Source: Rhodothermia bacterium (GTDB taxonomy: Bacteria > Bacteroidota > Rhodothermia > Rhodothermales > UBA2364). From it: a DNA stretch of 64,000 nucleotides. Position 1 is the first letter of the stretch, and each line of letters begins with the position of its first letter. This document shows, piece after piece, positions 31,320 to 40,754 of the stretch. The notes under the pieces are model-generated. The model saw nothing but the letters and a program-made list of their open reading frames with translations, was not told where the DNA came from and ran no database searches. The stretch covers positions 3,961 to 67,960 of the forward strand of contig JAFLBZ010000022.1 of the NCBI GenBank assembly GCA_017303715.1. The letters are read 5' to 3'. The translations under genes and the position numbers were made by a program.

Positions 31320-31560
31320 AAACACTACATTAACCCGTCCTTTAGGGCGAAGATATGAACAACCAAAAGCAATAGCTTGCCAGAGATGAAAAGCCAAGCA
31401 AGGCATTAACTCCGTCCTTTAGGGCGGTGAGAAGAGTGGCCCCAATCATAGGGCTTCAGCCCTGAAAGATGGATAAAGGCGAATGCCGTTCGTTGGGAAC
31501 GACTTTCTAACAAGATGCCACCCCTATGGGGCTTTGCTGTTCATTAAAAAGTAGAATAAA
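31320..31560. other. Hairpin-rich non-coding segment (candidate structured RNA or IS-end debris)
   Basis: Two copies of CATTAAC(C/T)CCGTCCTTTAGGGCG start at 31328 and 31404. GC-rich mini-hairpins are GGGCTTCAGCCC, CGTTCGTTGGGAACG and CCCCTATGGGG. A possible closing helix pairs GTGGC (31435-31439) with GCCAC (31517-31521). Confidence 0.3.
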
Positions 31561-31564
31561 CCCT

Positions 31565-31598
31565 TGAAAAACGGAATTTACGCAATCCCGTAAATTCT
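31565..31598 (-). terminator. Candidate Rho-independent terminator on the minus strand, about 150 nt downstream of lspA
   Basis: On the minus strand, GAATTTACG-GGATTG-CGTAAATTC (9-bp stem) is followed by G-TTTTT. Confidence 0.45.
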
Positions 31599-31745
31599 TA
31601 CATGATGCTCTTGAGGCCGGGACTGGCTTTTGCAGACCTATACTTGCTCAACCCACTAATGCACGTTAAGCATTAAATTCCTTTTAAATTAACGACTGGC
31701 TCAATTAGCAGAAAGCGGGTTATAATTTATTATCCGATTAGACAT

Positions 31746-32432
31746 TTACGCAGCAGCATCCGGCTTTGAAATATCCTTCGTTTTTTCGATGGTTTCGATC
31801 ATCGGTGCAATGTGGTCTTTCCCGGCAATCGTATCCGGTTCTGGATCAGCATTTGGGGACTTTTCTGCCAATTGACGCGCGACTTCATACCGATGAAAGC
31901 GTCCTTGAAAGATCAGAATGGCCGTTACTCCAACGACAATGGCCATATCTGCAACGTTCCAAATGGGTAGTAGCGCCATCCACTGCCCCCCTATAAGCGG
32001 AATCCAGTCGGGGACAATCCCACGCCAAACATCAAAATGGATAAAGTCCACTACATTCCCATGAAATAGCGTCCCATAGCCATACCAAACACCGTAGAAT
32101 GTTCGGTCAATGAGGTTCCCGACGGCTCCGCCAAGAATGGCCGCCAAGCTCAGGCGGTATCCCCAATGTCCTTTTTTCATCCGCAGGATATAGATAAATA
32201 TGAGAACCGTAGCGACCAACGCAAAAAGGGTCAAAAACAACTTAGAGTCCACCTCAATGCCAAACGCCATTCCTGGATTCTCCGTAAACGTCAGTCTAAA
32301 CCACTGTCCCAAAACCGGAACAGAATCTCCCAATTGCATCCCTTTTATCCCAAACATCTCCGAACCTTTGATCAACACCTTGGTCAATTGGTCAGTAACA
32401 ATGATGATAAGAGTTACCCAGAGTACTCGCAT
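31746..32432 (-). CDS. lspA: Lipoprotein signal peptidase (signal peptidase II)
   Basis: NPGMAFG, NLIDR, VVDFIHF and WNVADMAIVVG. Carries an acidic/Pro-rich C-terminal tail of about 55 aa. Confidence 0.9.
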   Translation of the reverse strand: MRVLWVTLIIIVTDQLTKVLIKGSEMFGIKGMQLGDSVPVLGQWFRLTFTENPGMAFGIEVDSKLFLTLFALVATVLIFIYILRMKKGHWGYRLSLAAILGGAVGNLIDRTFYGVWYGYGTLFHGNVVDFIHFDVWRGIVPDWIPLIGGQWMALLPIWNVADMAIVVGVTAILIFQGRFHRYEVARQLAEKSPNADPEPDTIAGKDHIAPMIETIEKTKDISKPDAAA

Positions 32433-32468
32433 ATGTTCATCCTCAGAACTTTTATCCTGATTTAGGTT

Positions 32469-32894
32469 CTATTTTTTTTGTTGTTCTTTTGCTTCAATTG
32501 AAATTTCGGTATGGGGAACGGCTTCTAAACGGCCTTTGGGGATGGGTTGTCCCGTCACTTTACAGATCCCATACGTTTTATTGGCGATACGTTCTAACGC
32601 ACGTTCTAAATAGCCCATAAATTTTTGCTGACGGGCAATCATCAGGTAGAGCTTTTCCCGCTCCATTGCATCGGTTCCGGCATCCGCCATGTGATAGCTA
32701 TACGCGGTATCGTCCTCGGCCTTTTCTTTTTGGTCTTCGATCAATTTCCGCATAATATCCACCTCCTCTTGCGCTTCTGCACGCTTTTTCAGGATAAGCA
32801 GGCGGAAATATTCCAACTCCTCGTCATTGAACGGCGTCATCCTTTTCTTAGGCTCATTGGCCTCATCACTTTGGGATTGATTAATTTCGGACAT
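32469..32894 (-). CDS. DksA/TraR-family protein
   Basis: 141 aa with a coiled-coil and a C-terminal GICKVTGQPIPKGRLEAVPHT zinc-finger-like region. Lies between ileS and lspA. Confidence 0.75.
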   Translation of the reverse strand: MSEINQSQSDEANEPKKRMTPFNDEELEYFRLLILKKRAEAQEEVDIMRKLIEDQKEKAEDDTAYSYHMADAGTDAMEREKLYLMIARQQKFMGYLERALERIANKTYGICKVTGQPIPKGRLEAVPHTEISIEAKEQQKK

Positions 32895-32931
32895 TTTACT
32901 ATGTTTTTAGAAATAGAACAGGTGGTGAACT

Positions 32932-35900
32932 TTAAATTTTCGAGAGCGCAACCCCTATCTGCTCACCGCCAATTTCAAATATTTCGCGGATAGCATGATC
33001 CCCTTCCCGATCACCGAAGGTTTCGGCAAGTGTTTCGCCCTGAATCCATTGGGTAAACGGTTGTATTGCGGCCATAAAATCGGGCGATGCGAGCAAGGAC
33101 ACATGAACCCGATCAGTCACTTCAAGGTTCGCGGATTTACGCAAATTCTGAATCCGGTTTACCAACTCTCGGCTTAAGCCTTCCGCACGTAGTTCTTTTG
33201 AGATATTGGTGTCAAGTGCCACGGTTACCATGCCTTCAGAACCCACAAGCCATCCAGCAACGCCTTCACTCAATACATCAACATCTTCCGGTATAAGATT
33301 TACAACATGTCCATCGGGAAGCACCAAAGCAAACGTACCTTCTTGTTCAAATGTTTCGATCTCGTCAGCTTGCATTTTCGAGATTTGCGCTTGAACAACC
33401 TTCATCTTACCGCCCACTTTCTTGCCCAAAACCCGGAAATTTGGTTTTACGGACTTCATCACCACATCACTCGACGAGGTGATAAAATCCAACTCTTTTA
33501 CATTGACCTCATCGAGAATAACGGATTTCACCAGCTCGACCGAAGCCTCATCTACGTGGCGGTTCAGCACCACACGCATTTTGCCTAAAGGCTGACGAAC
33601 ATTTATTTGAATTTGATTGCGAAGCGACAATACAACAGATGAGATGGTTCTGGCAAGCCCCATCCGATGCTCTAAATCCCGATCAAACGCCAAAGGTTCC
33701 ACAACGGGGAAATTGGCAAGATGGGCGGAATCGGCGCTTTTTCTGTTTGTTGAATCGTTCAGAGCCTTAAATAACCAATCTCCGTAGAAGGGAGCAATGG
33801 GCGACATCATGATCGAGATGGCTTCGAGACATTCATAAACCGTTTGGAAAGCCGCCAATTTATCACCATCTTGCTCACTCTTCCAGAAACGACGGCGACT
33901 CCGGCGGATATACCAATTCGATAGCTCATCTACCAACTGTTCTACAGCCCTTGCTGCTCGTGTTGGATGATAAGCGGCATAGGCTTCGTCCACTTCTTGA
34001 ATGGTTGAGTTGAGCCTGCTCAATATCCAACGGTCTAATTCAGCCCGTTCTGCAATAGGAACCCGCTCCTCTTCGTACACGAAGCCATCCACATTGGCGT
34101 AGGTTTCAAAAAACGAGTACGTATTGGCCAAGGTCAGGAAAAATTTACGTTTTGTAATCTCCAATGCGGGGAACGAAAATTTCAAATCTTCCCAAGGTTG
34201 CGAATTGGACATCATATACCAGCGTACCGGATCCGCCCCATGTGTAGCCAGAGCGTTAAACGGCTCAACGATATTTCCTTTGGACTTAGACATTTTCTCG
34301 CCTTTTTCGTCCAATAACAAGCCGTTTGAGACCACATTACGAAAAGCCACGCTGTCCATCACCAAAGCAGCAATGGCATGTAGCGAATAAAACCAACCCC
34401 TCGTCTGGTCAACGCCTTCGGCGATAAAATCGGCAGGAAAGTTCGCTTCAAAAATTTCTTTATTCTCGAAAGGATAGTGCCATTGTGCAAATGGCATCGC
34501 GCCAGAATCAAACCAAACGTCTATCAAATCTGTAACACGTCTCATTTTTCCACCAATATGCGCAGGGGCATCCCACGTATATTGATCCACATAAGGGCGG
34601 TGTAAATCCACATCTTCAAACCTTGAGGGCATCGCATCGCCACATTTTTCACGCAATTCCGCAACCGAGCCAATTACTTCTACATATTCTGGATCATTTT
34701 CAGCCACCCAAATGGGCAGCGGCGTACCCCAATAACGGCTTCGCGACAAAGCCCAGTCCACATTGTTTTCCAACCATTGTCCAAAACGCCCCGTGCCAAT
34801 GGTCTCCGGCTGCCAATTTATGGTTTTGTTTAAAGCAACCATACGATCTTTAATGGACGAGGTTCGGATGAACCAAGATTCCATTGGGTATTGCATAAGT
34901 GGTGTGCCTTTGCGCCAGTCGTGCGGGTAATTGTGCAGGTAAGTTTCCAAGCGAAACAAGAGACCACGTTCCCGCAAATTACGGGCAATCACTTTATCTG
35001 CCTCTTTGAAGTGCATTCCGGCGACTAAAGTGATGTTGTCTTCAAAAGTTCCATCTGGCTTAATCGGATTAAACAGCGGCATTTTTCCCTTTACCACCAC
35101 GGCATTATAGTCATCCGCACCAAAGGCCGGCGCTTCATGCGCTACCCCAGTACCGTCGGAGTCCGTGATAAAGTCCGCATGGATCACACGCCACGCTTGT
35201 GCTTTCCCCACTTGTTGCACAAAATAATCGAATGGCGGTGTATAAGTCTGTCCAACAAATTCAGCACCTTTATGTTCGGATACAATTTCGTATTCATCCT
35301 TTATCACCGATAGACGATTTTTTGCAAGAATCAAAAGTTCCGATTCTCCGGCTTCATTTTTCAGACGGATTTTGACGTAATCAATGTTTTCGTGAACCGC
35401 CAAAGCCGTGTTCGAAATAAGCGTCCAAGGCGTAGTTGTCCAGGCCAAAAAGGCAGTATTTTCGTCACTATCTAATGGAAAGCGGACAAAAACCGCCGGA
35501 TCTTGGACTTCTTTATACCCTAAACTCACTTCATGAGAGCTGAGTACTGTATTAGAACCCGGACTATACCACTGGATTTTATAGCCTTTGTACAATAAAC
35601 CCTTCTGGTAGATTTGTTTCAGCAGCCACCACACCGATTCGATGTATGAGGTTTCGTAGGTAATGTATGGATTATCCATATCCACCCAATATCCCATTCT
35701 TTCCGTAAGCTGGTGCCATAGCCCTGTATATTCCAATACGCTTTCTTTACACGCTTTATTATAAGCTTCCAGACCGAAGGCTTCCACTTTATGCCGCCCT
35801 TCGATACCGAGACGTTTTTCTACTTCTATTTCTACGGGCAAGCCATGCGTATCCCATCCGGCCTTGCGATTTACCCTTTTACCTTTTAGGGAATGATACC

Positions 35901-36123
35901 GGCAGAAGGTGTCTTTAATGGTTCTGGCCAGAACGTGATGAATCCCCGGTTTCCCATTTGCGGTTGGTGGGCCTTCATAGAACGTAAAAGGCTGGTCTTC
36001 TGGCCGTTCTTCAATACTGCGCTCAAAAATACGTTCCGCTTTCCACCATGCCAGCATTTTCTGCTCAAAAGCAGGGAAATCAACTTGTTTCGCTTCTGGA
36101 AATCTCTTTTTCATTTTCTTCAA
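32932..36123 (-). CDS. ileS: Isoleucyl-tRNA synthetase
   Basis: HIGH-type motif PTANGKPGIHHVL, KMSKSKGN, an editing domain, and a length of 1063 aa. Confidence 0.95.
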   Translation of the reverse strand: MKKMKKRFPEAKQVDFPAFEQKMLAWWKAERIFERSIEERPEDQPFTFYEGPPTANGKPGIHHVLARTIKDTFCRYHSLKGKRVNRKAGWDTHGLPVEIEVEKRLGIEGRHKVEAFGLEAYNKACKESVLEYTGLWHQLTERMGYWVDMDNPYITYETSYIESVWWLLKQIYQKGLLYKGYKIQWYSPGSNTVLSSHEVSLGYKEVQDPAVFVRFPLDSDENTAFLAWTTTPWTLISNTALAVHENIDYVKIRLKNEAGESELLILAKNRLSVIKDEYEIVSEHKGAEFVGQTYTPPFDYFVQQVGKAQAWRVIHADFITDSDGTGVAHEAPAFGADDYNAVVVKGKMPLFNPIKPDGTFEDNITLVAGMHFKEADKVIARNLRERGLLFRLETYLHNYPHDWRKGTPLMQYPMESWFIRTSSIKDRMVALNKTINWQPETIGTGRFGQWLENNVDWALSRSRYWGTPLPIWVAENDPEYVEVIGSVAELREKCGDAMPSRFEDVDLHRPYVDQYTWDAPAHIGGKMRRVTDLIDVWFDSGAMPFAQWHYPFENKEIFEANFPADFIAEGVDQTRGWFYSLHAIAALVMDSVAFRNVVSNGLLLDEKGEKMSKSKGNIVEPFNALATHGADPVRWYMMSNSQPWEDLKFSFPALEITKRKFFLTLANTYSFFETYANVDGFVYEEERVPIAERAELDRWILSRLNSTIQEVDEAYAAYHPTRAARAVEQLVDELSNWYIRRSRRRFWKSEQDGDKLAAFQTVYECLEAISIMMSPIAPFYGDWLFKALNDSTNRKSADSAHLANFPVVEPLAFDRDLEHRMGLARTISSVVLSLRNQIQINVRQPLGKMRVVLNRHVDEASVELVKSVILDEVNVKELDFITSSSDVVMKSVKPNFRVLGKKVGGKMKVVQAQISKMQADEIETFEQEGTFALVLPDGHVVNLIPEDVDVLSEGVAGWLVGSEGMVTVALDTNISKELRAEGLSRELVNRIQNLRKSANLEVTDRVHVSLLASPDFMAAIQPFTQWIQGETLAETFGDREGDHAIREIFEIGGEQIGVALSKI

Positions 36124-36232
36124 TTCAGCTGCTCTATAGGGATAGAATTTATTTTATACAGAAGGATAAGATACGACGAATGGCCCTAAATAACAAATGG
36201 AGAACATATTGTACAAGGCTTCAAATGAGAAA

Positions 36233-36267
36233 CATAAAAAAAGGCGGCCCAATAATTGTACCGCCTT
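36233..36267 (-). terminator. Rho-independent terminator closing the T6SS-like operon
   Basis: On the minus strand, AAGGCGG-13 nt-CCGCCTT is followed by T7, beginning 20 nt after the tssM stop. Confidence 0.7.
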
Positions 36268-36287
36268 GAAAATGAATGTGCTGCGAT

Positions 36288-39200
36288 TTATAGGTCTGGC
36301 ATTTTCAGGTCGTGCAAGAGGTTTAGCCCTGCGATGGGGTTTTTGAGGCCAGCTGCTTGGATGGTATAGCGCAAACGAACCGATTTTCCGCCAAGTTTAA
36401 TGCCCCATTCTACTACAAACTCATCGGACGAGCGGGCTTTTAGGCTACCTTTCTCCAGTAACCGGAACATGGCAAAGGCTCCTCTTGGTGCTGCAACCCG
36501 CGCGCTATTCCCGTTCACATCCCTAATCTCGATATACGCCTCTCCGCCATCCCCCGGCCAAATCACCCGTTTCGGAGATTCAAAGGAGAAACCCTCCGAT
36601 GTACGGTTGTTGTGCAAAGTGGCGTCCATTTTCAGATCCACCTCGGCCACCACATTGGAAGGTTCTGGACGGTCTGGAACCATATCGAATTGTGCAGAAA
36701 GACTGCCTCCGGCAAAGAAGCTTTTTTGGATTTCCCGCACTTTGTCTCTAAAGGTTTTTAGTTCTGCACCCTTCGTCCCGCTATTTGGGTTTTCGATCAT
36801 GGCCTTGTTTTGCTCAAAGAACTGATCGAGTTTGCCTCCCGGCTTAAACAAATCGCCAAATTCATCCGCTGAAAGGTCTGCACTTGCACCCTCATTAAAA
36901 GGGTATCGTCCTTGAACCGTAGCCAACTCCCCACCAACCGAGGCCGAAAAGGTTTGGGCCACTTGTTCTTGCTGAATTACCACAACCCCAGAGGAGATGT
37001 CTTCGAGTGGTGCTTGGAACAATGCCTTCATTCTCGCGCCAGTTCCTGAATCAAACAATCCAGAAAGCCGCTCTGCAACGTCTTTTGCACTATTGATGGA
37101 CTGCTCCGCCATCGGTGCTTGTTGCCCACTCGCCATACGTTCAACTTCCTTACTCACTGCAAAATAGGCATCCAATAGAGTCTTTAAGCCGCCATTGGTT
37201 CCCTTTCCACCCGGCGGAGGAAGGTTTGAAAGGGCATGAAGGGCTTTGATAGACTGACCAATATCCAATGCCGCTTGATCCACCTGAATATCCGCCCGCT
37301 CGTTGCCCATAATGCTATCCCACGTATTGGTTACGATATTTCCCCCTTTTTCCTGCTTAAACGTAAGGCGATTTTGTGATGACACCGAATCCACCAGCGC
37401 TTGGTATGGCGAAGAGCCGGCGGCGGAAAGTTGGTTCAGCCGCATGGCAACCGAAAGCGGGTTGCTACTCGAAACACCCGAACGATCATACGTGATGCCT
37501 TGTACAAACGTCACCCATGAGCGGGCATAATCTTCAAAATAGAACCGCACCAAGGAACTGAGGTACTGCGTTGGACTGGTCAGGTTGCTTGGTAATTGTG
37601 CTTTGGATAAAGGGCCAATAATCCAGTTCCCCGCCACCGGATTTTCACTACGCTTTTTAAACTCGCGAACCACCAATGTATCCCAAGCAGAACGGGTAAA
37701 AAAGCCATTCACCCGCACACTGCCAAACATATAACCGGACGCGATCGGGCCTACCAATTCAGGCAAGCCAATGCTCCCAAGACGCGGTGTTTGGTTGATG
37801 ATTTGCCTTTTGATGCTATGATAAATAGATTTTGCCGAAAGATTCTTACGGAGCAATTCCCGTGATTGCCGAATCAAGGTTTGATCTGTTCGGAAGCGTA
37901 ATGGCTCATTTTCCCGCACCACCCGACCAAAAAGTTTCACCTGTTCCTTCACCATTGTTTGGATCTCTTTAGAGAGCCGCATCCCGCCCGAAGAAGGGTT
38001 GTTAAACTGCAAATCGGCTGCATATACCAAAAACGCTTGTAGGTGCTTTACGCCTTCTGCCTTCGTAGGTGATTCGGTTCCTTGTGCAAAGTTAACATCT
38101 GGCCCCATCAAGATATACGCCCCTAATTGTTCCTCCATTTTACCAATTGGGTCTTGGCCGGAACTAACATATGCTCGGAGTCCAGACTCCATATTGCGGT
38201 AGAATTGTTGTTCTATCAATGGCTTGAACTTCTGGAAAAACAGTAATCTGGCTTGCTCTGCTGCGCTTTCACCGCGCGTCATCCCTATAGTCCAAAAGAA
38301 ACTTTCATTTTCAGCCTCTTGGATACGGAGGCGTAGATTGTCTAAAATTTGTAGGTTAGGGATCGTTTTTTCAGGACCAGACCACGCCACCGATTTGGCC
38401 TTGATCAGCGCATCGTCTAAATTTGCAAGGGTCTGACTGGATTTTGAGTAACCACAGCCCACACCCCAGAAGAACAACAACATCGTGACCACTGCCACAG
38501 CGATAGCGCCAATTTGTAATTTATTTTTTAGTTTTTTCTCAGCCTTGGTATGAACAGCCATCCGCTGATCAGGAATGACGACATGGTTAAAAATATCCTT
38601 GATAAAATAGCTTTTGGTTTCGTGCTGGGTAGGCATTTCCCCAACCGTTTGCGGCAAGCTGTACTGGGCTGCCAGTGCCTGCATGACGCGGTCTATGGGC
38701 GTCCCTTCTTGTGTACCACTCGTGAAGTAATACCCTCTAAAGATGGGGTTTTCATTAAAAGGATTGTATTGAAAAAGACGGTTTACGAACGTGGTGATGG
38801 GGTCTTTTAGGCCCGCCATTTCATCCGGAAAACTATAAACTTTTCGGCGATCCTCTCTTTTTAAATTGTTGTTCAGTCTGCTGAGGCGCAAATCCTCTAA
38901 CGTTTTTAGGATCCGATTATATGTGGCCCGAAAAATTTGCCCGGGTTCCCTTTGTGCTTGCTCTTGTTCATCCAAGGTATGTCCCCAGATTTGTTCGACT
39001 TCACGCACATTCAGGTCACTAAAAAACGAAACGCAGCCTTCCACGAGGTCGGTTTTGGTAAAAACCAGATACACCGGAAAGTGAACCCCAAGTCGGCTAA
39101 TGAGTTCGTCCAGTCTGCGCCGGATGGTCGCCGCATGTTGTTCCACCTCCTCTGTTCGCACCATCAAATCGGTTACAGCAAGCGAGACAATAACCCCATT

Positions 39201-39812
39201 TAAAGGTTTCTTTTTTCGGTATTTTTTCAGCAAATCTAAAAACCCAAGCCACTCCGGTTCGTCCGTTTGCTCGGTGGTATAACGTCCGGCAGTGTCCAAA
39301 AAAATTGCAGACGTGGAGAAGAACCAATCACAGTCCCGCGTACCTCCTACGCCCCGAACCCGACTTGTATCTAACGGAAATTGCAGTCCAGAGTTTTGAA
39401 TCAGGGTTGTCTTTCCGGCGGCCGGAGGCCCTATGAGCATGTACCAAGGCAATGAATACAAGGCTTGGTTCCCTTTTCCGCCTTTGCCCAATTTTGATTG
39501 CTTCAGGGTTTCGATCGCAGCAACAAATTTCTTCTGTAACTCCTCAATTTCCAGTCGCTTATCCGATACTTGTCCGAAGAGTGCCGCATCGGCCTGTGCT
39601 TTCATTCCGGCTTCCAATTTTGCGGCATCACGGTTGGCTTTCATCTTACGGTACATCATAATCAGGGCCATAATGAGCAAGATGACCACCGAAATAAGGA
39701 TGCGCATGGTCATATCTATCTCGAAAAGGCTGCCCAAATAAAATACACCAGCAGCAAAGATGAGATAGGTAGCGCCTCCTATGAAAAACTCGTTTTTAAG
39801 TGCGTTTAGCAT
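36288..39812 (-). CDS. tssM: Type VI secretion membrane-complex protein TssM (IcmF family)
   Basis: Two N-terminal TM helices, then a cytoplasmic NTPase (Walker A GPPAAGKTT, DTAGRY, FTKTDL). A third TM (IGAIAVAVVTMLLFFWGV) precedes a periplasmic region of about 700 aa. This is the canonical T6SS-i TssM layout. Confidence 0.9.
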   Translation of the reverse strand: MLNALKNEFFIGGATYLIFAAGVFYLGSLFEIDMTMRILISVVILLIMALIMMYRKMKANRDAAKLEAGMKAQADAALFGQVSDKRLEIEELQKKFVAAIETLKQSKLGKGGKGNQALYSLPWYMLIGPPAAGKTTLIQNSGLQFPLDTSRVRGVGGTRDCDWFFSTSAIFLDTAGRYTTEQTDEPEWLGFLDLLKKYRKKKPLNGVIVSLAVTDLMVRTEEVEQHAATIRRRLDELISRLGVHFPVYLVFTKTDLVEGCVSFFSDLNVREVEQIWGHTLDEQEQAQREPGQIFRATYNRILKTLEDLRLSRLNNNLKREDRRKVYSFPDEMAGLKDPITTFVNRLFQYNPFNENPIFRGYYFTSGTQEGTPIDRVMQALAAQYSLPQTVGEMPTQHETKSYFIKDIFNHVVIPDQRMAVHTKAEKKLKNKLQIGAIAVAVVTMLLFFWGVGCGYSKSSQTLANLDDALIKAKSVAWSGPEKTIPNLQILDNLRLRIQEAENESFFWTIGMTRGESAAEQARLLFFQKFKPLIEQQFYRNMESGLRAYVSSGQDPIGKMEEQLGAYILMGPDVNFAQGTESPTKAEGVKHLQAFLVYAADLQFNNPSSGGMRLSKEIQTMVKEQVKLFGRVVRENEPLRFRTDQTLIRQSRELLRKNLSAKSIYHSIKRQIINQTPRLGSIGLPELVGPIASGYMFGSVRVNGFFTRSAWDTLVVREFKKRSENPVAGNWIIGPLSKAQLPSNLTSPTQYLSSLVRFYFEDYARSWVTFVQGITYDRSGVSSSNPLSVAMRLNQLSAAGSSPYQALVDSVSSQNRLTFKQEKGGNIVTNTWDSIMGNERADIQVDQAALDIGQSIKALHALSNLPPPGGKGTNGGLKTLLDAYFAVSKEVERMASGQQAPMAEQSINSAKDVAERLSGLFDSGTGARMKALFQAPLEDISSGVVVIQQEQVAQTFSASVGGELATVQGRYPFNEGASADLSADEFGDLFKPGGKLDQFFEQNKAMIENPNSGTKGAELKTFRDKVREIQKSFFAGGSLSAQFDMVPDRPEPSNVVAEVDLKMDATLHNNRTSEGFSFESPKRVIWPGDGGEAYIEIRDVNGNSARVAAPRGAFAMFRLLEKGSLKARSSDEFVVEWGIKLGGKSVRLRYTIQAAGLKNPIAGLNLLHDLKMPDL

Positions 39813-39848
39813 TGTTCTTATTTGCTTTAAGGGTAGTTTGGGACATTG

Positions 39849-40511
39849 TTAAACACCGGACATCACATTCGCCGCCGTATTGGAAATCAGAAAACTCATC
39901 ACAATGTAAAACAAAAGCATAATGCTGCCTGCAACGGCAAAAATGACCCAGATCGGAATTTCCCGACGGGCTTCGGCAATGGCTTTGGCCCGTGGATAGC
40001 CACTCGATGCAAGTTGTGCCGTTCCAGATTGCACAAAGGGTTGAAGTTCTCGGTACAATTGATCTTGGATCACAGCCAGTTGGTCGCGGCCCACAATCTC
40101 AAATTTCCCCCTAAAACCTAAAGTGAGGCAGAGATAGAAAACCTCCAAGGCTTCCACATTTGCCCGCACATCTTGCCTTAAAAAGGACAAGCGCTCAAAA
40201 AACTGTTCGCCAGCATCATAACGGCCATACAGCTCGAACTGTAACGGATTCCTCTTCCAAGCATCATTGTATGGCCATGCAGGAATACTGACGGATTCGT
40301 CGAGAAACGCCACTAAGGCGAATTTGGCATGTTGGAAGTCCTGATAACCCACTCCAGCTTTTTTACAGGTGTCTTCCAATTTTTGAAGCGCCAATTTGGT
40401 ACTTTCTCTCAGTGTGCCGGGGTGTCCCGGATTTTGGGTTCGACGGATGTGCAATGCAAACATCAAAAACTCCGTGCAGAACTTTGAAAGGCGCGGACGT
40501 TTAGCACTCAT
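39849..40511 (-). CDS. tssL: Type VI secretion protein TssL (DotU family), no peptidoglycan-binding extension
   Basis: F..F.LF...R, ALVAFLDESV, PLQFELYG and GEQFFERL, with a single C-terminal TM. The protein ends 12 aa after that TM. Confidence 0.85.
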   Translation of the reverse strand: MSAKRPRLSKFCTEFLMFALHIRRTQNPGHPGTLRESTKLALQKLEDTCKKAGVGYQDFQHAKFALVAFLDESVSIPAWPYNDAWKRNPLQFELYGRYDAGEQFFERLSFLRQDVRANVEALEVFYLCLTLGFRGKFEIVGRDQLAVIQDQLYRELQPFVQSGTAQLASSGYPRAKAIAEARREIPIWVIFAVAGSIMLLFYIVMSFLISNTAANVMSGV

Positions 40512-40754
40512 GATTTACAACGTTGAGATGGACGTATAAATGCGGAACCATATTCCGTTTCCAGAAGGACCGCTGATCTATAAAAGTACCGCTCCGTATA
40601 AACGGATAAGCGATTTGCAGATACAATGTTGACGCAATATTGCCGTCTGTCTAAATTATGTGGCTTGGCTGTTTATAACCACTTCAAAAGGTTTAACTTT
40701 ACCACAAAACTCCTAATTAAGACCACAACAAGTAGCCGTCTTAATAGCGATAAT

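Noticed and set aside
31328-31427. Two copies of a 23-24-nt hairpin repeat considered as a CRISPR array
   Set aside because: There are only two copies, spaced 76 nt apart with imperfect identity, and no cas genes are nearby. This is not a CRISPR array.
36400-36825. 141-aa plus-strand ORF within tssM
   Set aside because: It is antisense to a strongly supported CDS and has no motifs.
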